Shown: piece after piece, positions 10,259-20,731 of the stretch
How positions within the stretch are numbered: the stretch's first letter is position 1
Layout: every line of letters starts with the position of its first letter
Source: Faecalibacterium sp. CAG:1138
Lineage (GTDB): Bacteria > Bacillota > Clostridia > Christensenellales > CAG-917
DNA: 64,000 nt
NCBI GenBank assembly: GCA_000434675.1
Contig: HF988645.1
Span: forward strand, 3,522 to 67,521
Direction: 5' to 3'
The notes under the pieces: generated by a model
The model's input: the letters and a program-made list of their open reading frames with translations, nothing else
Told to the model about the DNA's origin: nothing
Databases searched by the model: none
Made by a program: the position numbers and the translations under genes

Positions 10259-10963
10259 TTATAGTCCCAAATTTTCACTTACGGTGACAACTCGCATGCC
10301 CTTTGCCGCAACTTCCGCCAAAATTTTAGGCAGGGCGCTTAAAGTGTGCGCCGTCGGGTGCATCAGAACGAGATCTCCTGCCGCCATATTCTTCACCGCG
10401 CGGCGATACACCAGATCCGGATCCTTGTCGCGCCAGTCGATTGTATCCCGCGTCCACATAACGGTTGTGAAGCCGTTTTTCCGACAGAACGCAAGCGTGT
10501 CGTCGTTAAACGCGCCCGACGGCGGAGCGAACAAATAATTGCCCTTATAACCCACGATTTCGTCAATTAAACGCTGATTCATCACGATTTCGTCAAAATT
10601 TTGGTCATAAGTAAGCTTGCTGTGATCTTTGTGAAAATAGCCGTGATTGCCTATTTCGAACCCTCTTTCCGAAAGCGTCCGAACCAGCCCCACGTTGTCG
10701 TCGGCCCAGCTTCCGCCCACAAAAAACGTGCATCTGAAACCGTATTTTTCCATAAGCTCGGCCATAGGGAGAACGTATTCCGTCCCCCAATAAACGTTTA
10801 TCATAAGGCTTATTTTGTCGCCCGTTTTGTCGCCCGAATATATCGGCGACGGCTTTTCGCCGAACACGCTGATTCCTCTTCCAGATCCCGTCGTTACCGC
10901 CAGAAGCGCGAATAATGTCAAAGCTATCACGATGTTTGCCGTTATGTTTCTGAATTTTTTCAT
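10259..10963 (-). CDS. Polysaccharide deacetylase family protein (YlxY-like)
   Basis: 234 aa from ATG 10963 (MKKFRNITANIVIALTLFALLAV signal anchor). NodB-like TFFVGGSWA, NHGYFH, LMHP. The longer track ORF would overlap pnp and its terminator. Confidence 0.8.
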   Translation of the reverse strand: MKKFRNITANIVIALTLFALLAVTTGSGRGISVFGEKPSPIYSGDKTGDKISLMINVYWGTEYVLPMAELMEKYGFRCTFFVGGSWADDNVGLVRTLSERGFEIGNHGYFHKDHSKLTYDQNFDEIVMNQRLIDEIVGYKGNYLFAPPSGAFNDDTLAFCRKNGFTTVMWTRDTIDWRDKDPDLVYRRAVKNMAAGDLVLMHPTAHTLSALPKILAEVAAKGMRVVTVSENLGL

Positions 10964-11010
10964 ACAAAATTTTATTCTTTGACAAGCAAAATTATCACAG
11001 TTTCGGCCAC

Positions 11011-11039
11011 AAAAAAAAGCCTCGGCCGATTGCCGAGGC
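11011..11039 (-). terminator. Rho-independent terminator after pnp
   Basis: Stem gcctcggc/gccgaggc, 5-nt loop, then an 8-nt U-tract on the minus strand. Confidence 0.85.
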
Positions 11040-11054
11040 ATAAATTTTGACTGT

Positions 11055-13133
11055 TTACAGTTTCTTGACGAGTTTAAGGTCAACGCCCTTGTCGGACACT
11101 TTGATGACTTCAACTTCAACCATGTCGCCGATGTTAACGACGTCTTCAACCTTTTCGACGCGCTCTTTGGCGAGCTTGCTGATGTGAACGAGGCCGTCTT
11201 TACCCGGAGCCAGATTTACGAATGCTCCGAATTGCATGATTCTGACGACTTCGCCTTGGTAAACGTCGCCGACTTCAGGATCGTGGACGATGTTAAGAAT
11301 GATCTTCTTGGCTTTTTCGCAAGCGTTGATGTCTTCGTTGCTGACGAAAATCATACCTTCGTCGTTGACGTCGATTTTAACGCCGGTCTGATCGATGATG
11401 CCGTTGATGGTCTTGCCGCTCTTGCCGATGACGTCGCCGATCTTGTCAGGATCAATCTGGAAGCTCAGGATCTTCGGAGCGTAACGGGACAGCTCTTTGT
11501 TAGGTTCAGGGATGCATTCGGCCATTTTGCCGAGGATATGCAATCTGCCCTGACGAGCTTGTTCCAAAGCGGTGTGCAGAATTTCTTCGTCGATACCTTT
11601 GATTTTGATATCCATCTGGATTGCGGTGATGCCGTCCTTGGTACCTGCGACTTTGAAGTCCATATCGCCGAGGAAGTCTTCAAGGCCCTGAATATCGCTC
11701 ATGATGGCGACTTTGCCGTGTTCTTCGTCCTTAATAAGGCCCATAGCGATGCCCGCCACAGGAGCTTTGATAGGAACGCCTGCGTCCATAAGAGCCATGG
11801 TGCTGCCGCAAACGGATGCCTGAGAAGTGCTGCCGTTGGAGGACAGAATGTCGGATACGGTGCGGATTGCATACGGGAATTCGGCTTCCGAAGGAAGAAC
11901 CGGTTCGAGGCTTCTTTCAGCGAGTGCGCCGTGACCGATTTCACGTCTGCCCGGACCTTTCATGCCCTTTGCTTCGCCGGTGGAATAAGGAGGCATGTTG
12001 TATTGATGCATATAGCGTTTGAAGTTGTCTTCTTCGATGCCGTCGAGCTTCTGAACTTCGCTGAGGCTGCCCAAGGTGCAAGTGGTGAGAGCCTGAGTCT
12101 GTCCGCGAGTGAAGATCGCACTGCCGTGAACTCTCGGCAAAATGCCGTGTTCGCACCAGATAGGACGAATTTCGGTGAGGCTTCTGCCGTCAGGACGAAC
12201 GCCGTCGTTGATGATTTTGGCGCGGACTTTTTCTTTCTTCATTGCGTACAGAACTTCGCCGACGAATTTGAGGTCGTCAGGATATTTTTCCGCAAAGTAT
12301 TCGGCGGCTTCAGCGTTCAAGGCGTCGTCGCGTTTCTCTCTTTCGGTTCTGTCGAAAGTGTCCAGAACGTAGTCCATCTTTTCGCTGCCCCAAGCGCGGA
12401 CGTCTGCCTCGAGTTCAGGAGAAGCGTGTTCGATGGTGATGTCTTTTTTAGGTTTGCCGACTTCTGCGGCGATTTCTTCGATCCATGCAACGATACGTTT
12501 GATTTCTTCGTGACCGAACAGGATTGCGTCCAGCATTTCTTTTTCGGAAATGATTTTTGCGCCTGCTTCAACCATCAAAATGGCTTGCTTGGTGCCGGAG
12601 AGCGAAAGATGCAGCAAGCTTCTTTCACGTTGTTCGCTGTCAGGGTTGATGACGTATTTGCCGTCAACGTAACCGACGATAACGCTGCCGGTAGGGCCTG
12701 CGAACGGAATATCGCTTATGGACAGAGCGATGCTGCTGCCGAGCATAGCGTAAACCTCAGGCGGAATGTTGTTGTCAACGGAAAGCGGAGTGCAAACAAC
12801 CGCTACGTCGTTATAAAATCCCTTCGGAAAAAGCGGACGGATAGGTCTGTCGATAAGACGGCTGGTGAGAATAGCTTTGTCGCTTGCTCTGCCTTCGCGT
12901 TTGGTGTAACCGCCGGGGATTTTGCCGACTGCGTACATTTTTTCAACGTAGTCAACTCCCAAAGGGAAAAAGTCAACGCCTTCGCGTTTGGTTTTAGCCA
13001 TCGTCACGTTGGTCAAAACCGCAGTGTCGCCGCAACGAACCAAGCAGCTTCCGTTTGCCTGACCGCAATACGCGCCTACTTCGACCGTAACTTCACGGCC
13101 GCCGATGATGTTCTTAAAAATTTTTCTTTCCAT
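11055..13133 (-). CDS. pnp: Polyribonucleotide nucleotidyltransferase (PNPase)
   Basis: 692 aa from ATG 13133 (GGAGGAAAC directly upstream). Two RNase PH domains, KH, and S1 (GDVYQGEVVRIMQFGAFVNL). Confidence 0.95.
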   Translation of the reverse strand: MERKIFKNIIGGREVTVEVGAYCGQANGSCLVRCGDTAVLTNVTMAKTKREGVDFFPLGVDYVEKMYAVGKIPGGYTKREGRASDKAILTSRLIDRPIRPLFPKGFYNDVAVVCTPLSVDNNIPPEVYAMLGSSIALSISDIPFAGPTGSVIVGYVDGKYVINPDSEQRERSLLHLSLSGTKQAILMVEAGAKIISEKEMLDAILFGHEEIKRIVAWIEEIAAEVGKPKKDITIEHASPELEADVRAWGSEKMDYVLDTFDRTEREKRDDALNAEAAEYFAEKYPDDLKFVGEVLYAMKKEKVRAKIINDGVRPDGRSLTEIRPIWCEHGILPRVHGSAIFTRGQTQALTTCTLGSLSEVQKLDGIEEDNFKRYMHQYNMPPYSTGEAKGMKGPGRREIGHGALAERSLEPVLPSEAEFPYAIRTVSDILSSNGSTSQASVCGSTMALMDAGVPIKAPVAGIAMGLIKDEEHGKVAIMSDIQGLEDFLGDMDFKVAGTKDGITAIQMDIKIKGIDEEILHTALEQARQGRLHILGKMAECIPEPNKELSRYAPKILSFQIDPDKIGDVIGKSGKTINGIIDQTGVKIDVNDEGMIFVSNEDINACEKAKKIILNIVHDPEVGDVYQGEVVRIMQFGAFVNLAPGKDGLVHISKLAKERVEKVEDVVNIGDMVEVEVIKVSDKGVDLKLVKKL

Positions 13134-13201
13134 GTTTCCTCCAACGTCGCACCCAAATCCCGAATGCGACAAAATTTTTCTTTTTTTTAGGGTTTTTTTA
13201 C

Positions 13202-13231
13202 GAAAAATGGGGATGCCGAAAGCATCCCCAT
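13202..13231 (-). terminator. Rho-independent terminator after rpsO (within the rpsO-pnp spacer)
   Basis: 10-bp stem atggggatgc/gcatccccat, 5-nt loop, U-tract on the minus strand. Confidence 0.8.
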
Positions 13232-13239
13232 AAAACGGA

Positions 13240-13503
13240 CTATTTTCTCAGACCCAATTTTTCGATCAAAGCACGATATCTTTCGATATCTTCTTGCTTC
13301 AGATATGCCAACAAGCTGCGGCGAGCGCCGACCATTTGCAAAAGGCCTCTGCGGCTGTGATGATCTTTTTTGTGAACTGCAAGGTGAGCGTTGAGCTCAG
13401 CGATGCGAGCGGTCAAAAGCGCAACCTGAACTTCCGGCGAACCGGTGTCGTTTTCGCTTCTTTGAAAATCTTTGATAATTTGTTGTTTTTGAAGTTTATC
13501 CAT
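13240..13503 (-). CDS. rpsO: 30S ribosomal protein S15
   Basis: 87 aa; typical S15 ([35 protein letters not shown]). Confidence 0.97.
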   Translation of the reverse strand: MDKLQKQQIIKDFQRSENDTGSPEVQVALLTARIAELNAHLAVHKKDHHSRRGLLQMVGARRSLLAYLKQEDIERYRALIEKLGLRK

Positions 13504-13644
13504 TGTTTAGCCTCCTTCGTTGGATAAATGATTTACCGAAAGCAACGTAAGACTTCGGAGTTTCAGTCAAACCTTGCCAAAGGTACGAAAATATCTTACC
13601 ATAAATAAAGAATTATGTAAACAAATTTTCAGCGGTTTTGAAAA

Positions 13645-15054
13645 TTATTTCCAAAAATTTTCCGTTCTGGTTTTAACTTCTTCAAACCGTTCGACGTATT
13701 CCTTCACGGCCTTGAAATCCGCCTGCCGCTCTATCCTGCCTTCCTTTGGAAAAACCCTTTTGGAAATGCTGCCCGCGCCTGCGGCGAGAATGGACGTCGA
13801 TTCTTCCATTATGTCCACGTTGTATATGCAGATTTTGCCTTCTTTCGCGTAGCCCGTGTTTTCCAGATTTCCCGAAACGTGTTTCTGGCGATACATATAG
13901 TACGGCAGATATCCGTGCTTTTTCAGTTCGGCGTCGGCGTAAGAAACCATTTGGTTTGCAAGCAAATTGTCGGTGTTGTCGTGGCCGGAAAGCGTAAGCT
14001 CGCTTCCTCTCTTCAGGCTCAAAGTGTGCACCGTGATGTTTTCGGGCGACAATTTCACCGCGCTGTCAACGCTGAATTTGAAGTCTTCGAAAGTTTCTGA
14101 GGGAAGCATTGCGATAAGGTCGAAGTTGACGTCGAAATCGTAGTCCTTCGCAAGCTCCACCGCGCGGTAAAAATCCTCAACCGTGTGGTCGCGCCCGATA
14201 AGGCGCAAGGTCTTGTCCCAAAAGGTTTGAGGATTGATGCTGATTCTGGTTACTCCCGCGTTTTTCAGAACGTCCAGTTTTTCTTTCGTTACGGTGTCCG
14301 GCCGTCCCGCCTCGACGGTGAACTCCTTAAACGGAAAATCGATCTCCGTCAAAACGCTTGCAAGCATGTCCGCAGGGAGCGAAGTCGGCGTTCCTCCGCC
14401 GAAATAAACGGCTCTGACGGTCAAATTATTCTCAAAAAGCACGTTTTTCAGAATACTTATCTCGTTTTTCAGGAATTTTACATAGTCAGGCAGATATTTT
14501 TTCAGTTTGTCGATGGCGACAGAAACGAAGCTGCAATAGGCGCATCTCGTCGGGCAAAACGGAATGTTGACGAAAAAATCCACCTCGTTTTCGCCCACTT
14601 TCAGCAGCGGTTTTTGGTTTTTGACAATCTGTTTTACGTGTTCGGTTTTTGCTTTGGAGCACTCGAAAACGTCCAGAAAAAGACGCTCTGCGTCCTCCCC
14701 TCTGTCCTCCAGATCTCTGAAAAGCTTGGTCGGTCTTATGCCCGTCAGGCTGCCGTATGGCAGGCTTACGCCAGTCAGATTTTTGAGAAAATCATACAAA
14801 AAAACCTTGGCAAAACGCTTGGTTTCCCTCTTCTTTTCAAGGTCGTTCCATTCGGGTTTTATATCCGCCTGCGCGCTTTTTTCGCCGAAATCGCCGGATA
14901 TTTTCACCGTAAAAACGCCGCCGGAGTCGTCGCACGAAACCCTTAATGTCTTTTCCGCCTCGTCGTCCTTTTTGACGTACGGAAAAAACGCCCTCACTTC
15001 GTCCATGAGGTCGCTTTCAAATACGCTGTCGGTTTCAAAACGAAAAGTAATCAT
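13645..15054 (-). CDS. hemZ: HemZ-type radical SAM protein (oxygen-independent coproporphyrinogen oxidase-like)
   Basis: 469 aa; radical-SAM NIPFCPTRCAYCSF after a ~160-aa N-terminal domain, HemN-like C-terminal part. Substrate not inferable. Confidence 0.65.
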   Translation of the reverse strand: MITFRFETDSVFESDLMDEVRAFFPYVKKDDEAEKTLRVSCDDSGGVFTVKISGDFGEKSAQADIKPEWNDLEKKRETKRFAKVFLYDFLKNLTGVSLPYGSLTGIRPTKLFRDLEDRGEDAERLFLDVFECSKAKTEHVKQIVKNQKPLLKVGENEVDFFVNIPFCPTRCAYCSFVSVAIDKLKKYLPDYVKFLKNEISILKNVLFENNLTVRAVYFGGGTPTSLPADMLASVLTEIDFPFKEFTVEAGRPDTVTKEKLDVLKNAGVTRISINPQTFWDKTLRLIGRDHTVEDFYRAVELAKDYDFDVNFDLIAMLPSETFEDFKFSVDSAVKLSPENITVHTLSLKRGSELTLSGHDNTDNLLANQMVSYADAELKKHGYLPYYMYRQKHVSGNLENTGYAKEGKICIYNVDIMEESTSILAAGAGSISKRVFPKEGRIERQADFKAVKEYVERFEEVKTRTENFWK

Positions 15055-15668
15055 CAGTCGTCAAAATTTATGGGGTTGTTTGCCCTTTCAAAGTCCAGAG
15101 TGGACGATTTGCCGTGCCCCGGATAAACCGTGAGGTTTTCGGGAATTGCAAAAATTTTTTTGGCGCTTTCCTTCAAAGCGGAAAAACTGCCGTCCATAAA
15201 ATCGGTTCTGCCATAGCCCATACCAAATATCGTGTCGCCTGTGAAAAGGCTGTTTTCGATGCGATAGCAAACTCCCCCTTCGCTGTGGCCCGGGGTGAAG
15301 ATAACTTCGATCTTAAATCCAGCAATCTCCAGCACGTCGCCGCCCGACAAAAGGTGGTCGGCGGAAAATTTGTTGAAGTGATAACCCATGAAAACCGCCA
15401 TATTTTTGAAGGAAGTCAGCTTGTCTGCGTCATTTTTGTGAATATAAGTCGGTATGCCCGCATCTTTCAGCTTGCTTCCCAAAGCAGCATGATCGAAGTG
15501 GCCGTGAGTCATAAGCATGGCCTCGATTTTCAGCTTTTTCGACGTTGCGATTTTCTGCAAATCTTCCATTTTGCAGGCAGCGTCAATGACCAAAGCCCTT
15601 CCGTCGTCGTTCGCCACGACGTAGGTGTTGCTGGATAACGGCGGGCAAACTATGGTGTAAACTTTCAT
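15054..15668 (-). CDS. MBL-fold metallo-hydrolase
   Basis: 204 aa; HxHxDH motif MTHGHFDHAA. 1-nt stop/start overlap with the hemZ-like gene. Confidence 0.85.
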   Translation of the reverse strand: MKVYTIVCPPLSSNTYVVANDDGRALVIDAACKMEDLQKIATSKKLKIEAMLMTHGHFDHAALGSKLKDAGIPTYIHKNDADKLTSFKNMAVFMGYHFNKFSADHLLSGGDVLEIAGFKIEVIFTPGHSEGGVCYRIENSLFTGDTIFGMGYGRTDFMDGSFSALKESAKKIFAIPENLTVYPGHGKSSTLDFERANNPINFDD

Positions 15669-16106
15669 TTATGCCTCCAAAGTCAAGGTTATCGGGCCGT
15701 CGTTCACAAGCGAAATCTGCATGTCCGAACCGAAATTCCCGGAAACCGTGGTTATTTCCTTTTCAAACAAGGCTTTCGTTTTCAAAAACAGCGGCTTTGA
15801 AATTTCGGGTTTTGCGGACAAAGTGTAGCTCGGCCGCCTGCCCTTTGCCGCGTCGCCGTAAAGCGTGAAGTTGGAAACGAGCATCACGCTGCCCTTAACG
15901 TCCTTGACCGACAAATTCAGTTTGCCGTTCTCGTCAGGAAAGACTCGCAGATTCAAAATTTTGTCCGTCAAATATCCGATTGTTTCGTCGGTATCCTCGT
16001 TTCTGTACGCCACGAGAACGACAAGCCCCCGCTCTATGCTTCCGCCATAAGCTCCGTCTATAACTATACTTGCGTTTTTTACAACCTGAACTACGCTTTT
16101 CATCAT
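15669..16106 (-). CDS. dtd: D-aminoacyl-tRNA deacylase
   Basis: 145 aa; SNFTLYGDAAKGRRPSY; follows relA as in B. subtilis. Confidence 0.92.
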   Translation of the reverse strand: MMKSVVQVVKNASIVIDGAYGGSIERGLVVLVAYRNEDTDETIGYLTDKILNLRVFPDENGKLNLSVKDVKGSVMLVSNFTLYGDAAKGRRPSYTLSAKPEISKPLFLKTKALFEKEITTVSGNFGSDMQISLVNDGPITLTLEA

Positions 16107-18250
16107 CTGTGGACGTCGTGCACGCCTTTGATTTTCATCAGTTTGTTGATAACTTCCTCAAGCTGAGTCGTTGAGGAGATTTCCATGGAAACGTTTATGA
16201 TTGCTCCCATTTCTTTGTCGAGTTTTGCAAACGCGGCGGTGATCTGAATTTTCATCTGCGCAATCGTGTTTGTGATTTCCGCCAGAATACCGCCCTTGTT
16301 GTCGGCCAGAATGTTTATCGTCGCCACGAATTTGTTGCCTATAACGTCGTCCCACTTGGCCTCGATAAGGCGTTCTTTTTCCATGTTCTTGACGTTCGGG
16401 CAATCCACGCAATGTACGCTGACGCCGCGACCGCGGCTGATGTAGCCGATGATTTTGTCGCCCGGCACAGGATTGCAGCAATGCGAAAGTCTGACCACGA
16501 AGTCGTCGTAACCTTTTATGATTACGCCGTCGTTGTTTCTGCGGCGAACCGGCGAAGGAGTTTCGCCTTTGATGTCCACCACCGGATTTTTGGTAAGAAG
16601 GTCCTTTTTGAAAAAGTCAATCAGTTTGATGAGAATCTGATTCGTGTTCAACCCGCCGTAGCCGACCGAAGCGTACAAATCGTCAAGCGACGAAATGGAA
16701 TAGCGGTTCATGACGTAGCTGAGCCACTGATCGCTCATAAGTTCCGACAGATTGTAGCCGCGGCGTTTGGCCTCGTGCTCCAGCATGTCTTTGCCGCGCT
16801 TGATGTTTTCTTCCTTCATCTCGCGCTTCAAAAATTGACGGATTTTATTGCGCGCGCCCGCAGATTTGACAATTTTCAGCCAGTCCCTGCTCGGACCGTG
16901 CGAAGCGTTCGAGGTGATTATTTCCACAATGTCGCCGTTTTTTAGGGCCGTGGTCAGAGGGACCATTTTCATATTGACTTTTGCGCCCGTGCATTTGTTG
17001 CCCACTTCGCTGTGGACTGCGTACGCAAAATCTATAGGCGTGCTCCCGACCGGCAGGCTGACTACCTTACCTTTTGGGGTGAACACGAAAATTTCGTCGT
17101 CCAGAATGTTGGTTTTGACGCTGTTTAGAAACTCTTTGTTGTCCTTTGCGTCGGCGTCGGCGTCAACGATGTCCTGCATCCAGTTCAGGGACGGATCGAA
17201 TTTGTTGGTGTTTTTTCCTTTCTCTTTATATTTCCAGTGCGCCGCGATGCCGTATTCCGCCACCTTGTGCATCTCGTAGGTGCGAATCTGAATTTCGGCA
17301 GGCTCCTTGTAGTTGGTGATAACCGTGGTGTGAAGCGATTGATAATTGTTCGGCTTCGGCATGGCAATGTAATCCTTGAATCTGCCCGGGATAGGTTTCC
17401 AGAGCGTGTGAATCGTGCCGAGAACCGTGTAGCAATCCTTGACGGTCGGCACGATAACCCTGACTGCGGTCAGATCGTAAATTTGATCGAAGGTTTTGCC
17501 TTGCGTTTTCATTTTGCGCCAGATGCTGTAAAGATGCTTCGGTCTGCCAAAAACTTCGCCTTTTATCCCCAGTTCGTCAAGCTGTTTTCTGATAATTTCG
17601 CAAACGAGCGAAACGTATTCCTGCCTTTCGGCAAGCTTTGATTTCACCATGTGCGCCAGCTCGTAGTAGTCGTCCGGATAAAGATAGCGCATACAAAGGT
17701 CTTCGAGTTCGCTTTTTATAAGGCTGAGACCGAGGCGGCCCGCCATTTTTGCGTAAATTTCCAAGGTTTCGGAAGCTATGGATTGCTGACGATGCGGCGG
17801 AAGCGCGGACAAACTTCTCATGTTGTGCAGTCTGTCTGCCAGCTTTATGATGATGACACGATAGTCTTTTGCCATGGCAAAAAACATTTTTCTGAGGTTC
17901 TCCGCCTGCTCCTCCTCGACGTTTTCGAACTTGAGCTTGTCAAGCTTCGTAACGCCCTCGACGAGATAAAGCACTTCGTCGCCGAAATTTTTCTTTATGT
18001 CGTCATCGGTTGCGGGAGTGTCCTCAATGACGTCATGCAAAAGCGCGGCCATTATGGTGGCTTCGTCGAAGCCCAAATCGATGAGAATTTCCGCCACGGC
18101 GCACGGGTGAATTATATACGGTTCTCCGGATTTTCTGAACTGCCCGTCGTGCATTTTTTCGGCATAGGACAATGCGGAAAGTATCCTTTCCGCGCTCTCT
18201 GCCGTGTAGTTTGCTTTCACTTTTTCAATAAGTTTGTCGATTTGTTCCAT
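16103..18250 (-). CDS. relA: Bifunctional (p)ppGpp synthetase/hydrolase (RelA/SpoT homologue)
   Basis: 715 aa; HD hydrolase (LLHDVIEDT), synthetase core, TGS and ACT regions. Confidence 0.95.
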   Translation of the reverse strand: MEQIDKLIEKVKANYTAESAERILSALSYAEKMHDGQFRKSGEPYIIHPCAVAEILIDLGFDEATIMAALLHDVIEDTPATDDDIKKNFGDEVLYLVEGVTKLDKLKFENVEEEQAENLRKMFFAMAKDYRVIIIKLADRLHNMRSLSALPPHRQQSIASETLEIYAKMAGRLGLSLIKSELEDLCMRYLYPDDYYELAHMVKSKLAERQEYVSLVCEIIRKQLDELGIKGEVFGRPKHLYSIWRKMKTQGKTFDQIYDLTAVRVIVPTVKDCYTVLGTIHTLWKPIPGRFKDYIAMPKPNNYQSLHTTVITNYKEPAEIQIRTYEMHKVAEYGIAAHWKYKEKGKNTNKFDPSLNWMQDIVDADADAKDNKEFLNSVKTNILDDEIFVFTPKGKVVSLPVGSTPIDFAYAVHSEVGNKCTGAKVNMKMVPLTTALKNGDIVEIITSNASHGPSRDWLKIVKSAGARNKIRQFLKREMKEENIKRGKDMLEHEAKRRGYNLSELMSDQWLSYVMNRYSISSLDDLYASVGYGGLNTNQILIKLIDFFKKDLLTKNPVVDIKGETPSPVRRRNNDGVIIKGYDDFVVRLSHCCNPVPGDKIIGYISRGRGVSVHCVDCPNVKNMEKERLIEAKWDDVIGNKFVATINILADNKGGILAEITNTIAQMKIQITAAFAKLDKEMGAIINVSMEISSTTQLEEVINKLMKIKGVHDVHR

Positions 18251-18265
18251 AAGACTTAATTTGTT

Positions 18266-20611
18266 TTATGTGTGTTTAATATATTTTCTATATATGTAGC
18301 TGTCCGAAAGATTGCATTTATTGCCGCCGATTTTCAGAAGTCCGTCTTCGTCGGCGGTCAAAAGCCCCAGCTCTTTGAACACGCTGAACGCAAGGTACGC
18401 AGCCATCGGCGAATATTTGAAATTGTAAGACTTAAGCGCAAAATATAAATCGAAAACGTTGCGCTCCTTGTGATAGCAAAGATAATCTTTGATTTTCACG
18501 TAGATAAATCGAAGATCCGCGTCCGAAACGTTCGGCAAATCGGCAATTTCCGTTTCTTTTGCGTTTTCGTAAAGATAGAACTCGGCCCGCGGGAACTTAT
18601 TCATCAGATACGCCGCGTACCCCGTCGACGACGGTTTGTCCAGAAAAACGATATTGTCGTAGTAATCGAACGGAAAATCGTCGTCAGGAAGAAGAACGAT
18701 GCGGTTGTACGGATTTTTGACCGACGTCCACCTGATGTTTTTGGTGATCGGAAAACCTTTTTCGTCCGCAATTTTCACTGCTTTTTCGAAGGTTTCGACA
18801 GACGTACATATAAACGCGTTGCCGAAAACCGAATCGCGCGGCTTAAACTTTTTTTCGTCAAAAGGCAAAAATTCTTTCGGCGGCGTATTTTCGCCGTGCG
18901 CCGTTTGCATGAGCATAAGATAGGCAAGGTTTTCTTTGTTGTACGAAATTTCGTCGCCAAGTATATCGGCCTTGATAATTCCGCCGACGTATCTTCTGCC
19001 CCTGAATTCCTTCACGGAAGCCGTGAACGTGGTTTCGGTGCCGCCGGTGTATAAACCGAGGCGTTTCCCCATATTAAAACCGACGAGTTCGAAACTGCCG
19101 CTTTCCGCTTTTATGTGGTTGGTGGTGGAAATGCTTTTGAAAAACAGGCGGTTTTTATCCTTAAGCTTGAACACCGGTTGACTGTTGCCGTAACCGGTCG
19201 GCTCAAACAGCGTCAGACTTTCGGCAAAATCTAAAGTTAGCCTATCTTCCGAAATCTCCACGTCGTACAAAATTTTCGGCAAAAACAGACCGTTTTCATA
19301 ATTTTTCAGCGCAAATTCGTTGACTTCCTCCACAAAATTGTCAAAATCTTCGGTCATAAGCGAAAGACCAACTGCCGAAACGTGCCCACCGAAGCTCTGA
19401 AAATATTTGGTGAAATGCGACAAGCACTCAAACAAATTCAGCCCCGGAATGCTCCTTGCCGAGCCCCTGAGCGCTCCGTCCTCCTTTTCCGCAAGCAAAA
19501 TGGTCGGCCGAGAAAACTCTTCCGCGATTTTAGCGGCGGCAATGCCTACCGTGCCGGCGTTCCAGCCTTTGTCTTTAAGGACGATAATTCGATTTTTGGT
19601 AAGGTCGTAGGACAAAAGCTTTTCTCTCGCCTCGACGATCATTTTGTCGCAGATGGCTTTACGCTCGTTGTTGTCGGAGGTAAGCTCCTCGAACATTCTC
19701 ATTATTTCCGTCGGACTTTCGGTGAGGTACATACCTATGACCTTCGACGCGTCGTCTATGCGCCCCGCGGCGTTCAGCCTCGGCGCAACTTGAAACATAA
19801 CGTCGGCCGCCTTCACTTCCTGAAGATTAAGCGCCTTTTTCCACACGCGATAAACGATGTCGGCGTCCGGCTTATTTATAGCCTCCAAGCCGTAATGAAC
19901 TATAACTCTGTTGTCGGAAACGAGAGGAACGATGTCGGCGATGGTGGCGGTGGCGGCAATGCCTATGTAGCGCATGGCTTCGGCGATTCCTGCAGCGGCT
20001 TCGATGATTTTGAACGAGACGCCAGCGCCGCAATAGTCCCTGAAAATCCCTTCCTGCGTTTTCGGATCCACAACGATTGTGTCCGGGATTTCGTTTTGCG
20101 GTTCGTGGTGGTCGGTGATGATGACGTCGATACCCTTCGATTTGACGTATTCGACTTCCTTAACCGCCGTTATTCCGCAATCGACGCTTATGACGAGATC
20201 GGGCGCGAAACTTTTTATCTGCGCTTCAAGCGCCGAAACCGATATTCCGTAACCCTCCTCGTTGCGGTTAGGGATATAAAAGCTGACGAAATCGTTGGTT
20301 GCGGCAAAAAACTTCAAAAACATTGCAACCGAGCAAATGCCGTCGCAATCGTAGTCGCCGTAAATGAGAATACGATCGTTGTTTTCTCTTGCCCGATTTA
20401 TTCTTTCCACGGCTTCGCGGACGCCGTTGATTTCAAACGGCGACTGCATGTCGTGAAGTTTGGGATAGAAAAATTTTTGCACTTTTTCGGGTGTATTCAC
20501 ACCTCTTTCGCATAAAAGCTCGGCGATTTCAGAGCAAACGCCCGCGCTTTTTTGAAGATTTTCGATTTCCGCACGCTCCACTTCGGCTCTCTTGATGAAT
20601 TTTACTGCCAT
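18266..20611 (-). CDS. recJ: Single-stranded-DNA-specific exonuclease RecJ
   Basis: 781 aa; DHH motifs DYDCDGI and ITDHHEP. Confidence 0.93.
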   Translation of the reverse strand: MAVKFIKRAEVERAEIENLQKSAGVCSEIAELLCERGVNTPEKVQKFFYPKLHDMQSPFEINGVREAVERINRARENNDRILIYGDYDCDGICSVAMFLKFFAATNDFVSFYIPNRNEEGYGISVSALEAQIKSFAPDLVISVDCGITAVKEVEYVKSKGIDVIITDHHEPQNEIPDTIVVDPKTQEGIFRDYCGAGVSFKIIEAAAGIAEAMRYIGIAATATIADIVPLVSDNRVIVHYGLEAINKPDADIVYRVWKKALNLQEVKAADVMFQVAPRLNAAGRIDDASKVIGMYLTESPTEIMRMFEELTSDNNERKAICDKMIVEAREKLLSYDLTKNRIIVLKDKGWNAGTVGIAAAKIAEEFSRPTILLAEKEDGALRGSARSIPGLNLFECLSHFTKYFQSFGGHVSAVGLSLMTEDFDNFVEEVNEFALKNYENGLFLPKILYDVEISEDRLTLDFAESLTLFEPTGYGNSQPVFKLKDKNRLFFKSISTTNHIKAESGSFELVGFNMGKRLGLYTGGTETTFTASVKEFRGRRYVGGIIKADILGDEISYNKENLAYLMLMQTAHGENTPPKEFLPFDEKKFKPRDSVFGNAFICTSVETFEKAVKIADEKGFPITKNIRWTSVKNPYNRIVLLPDDDFPFDYYDNIVFLDKPSSTGYAAYLMNKFPRAEFYLYENAKETEIADLPNVSDADLRFIYVKIKDYLCYHKERNVFDLYFALKSYNFKYSPMAAYLAFSVFKELGLLTADEDGLLKIGGNKCNLSDSYIYRKYIKHT

Positions 20612-20642
20612 AATTTTTGCCTCTGCGTAACGATTTCTTTAA

Positions 20643-20675
20643 GAAAAAAGCTGCCCAACAAAGTTGCCGGGCAGC
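20643..20675 (-). terminator. Rho-independent terminator after secF
   Basis: Stem gctgccc/gggcagc, followed by uuuuuu on the minus strand. Confidence 0.7.
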
Positions 20676-20731
20676 ATGTTTGTTGCGTAATTCTTCGTCT
20701 CCTCGGAAACGATTGAACTTTCGCAAATATG

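Noticed and set aside
10964-11149. Upstream extension of the polysaccharide deacetylase ORF.
   Set aside because: It would overlap the pnp 3' end and the pnp terminator. The signal-anchor Met at 10963 gives a normal N-terminus.
13504-13644. rpsO 5' leader as an S15 autoregulatory element, plus a TTTACA-17-TAAGAT promoter.
   Set aside because: This is plausible from context, but I could not identify a convincing conserved S15-binding structure by eye, so it is not listed as a feature.
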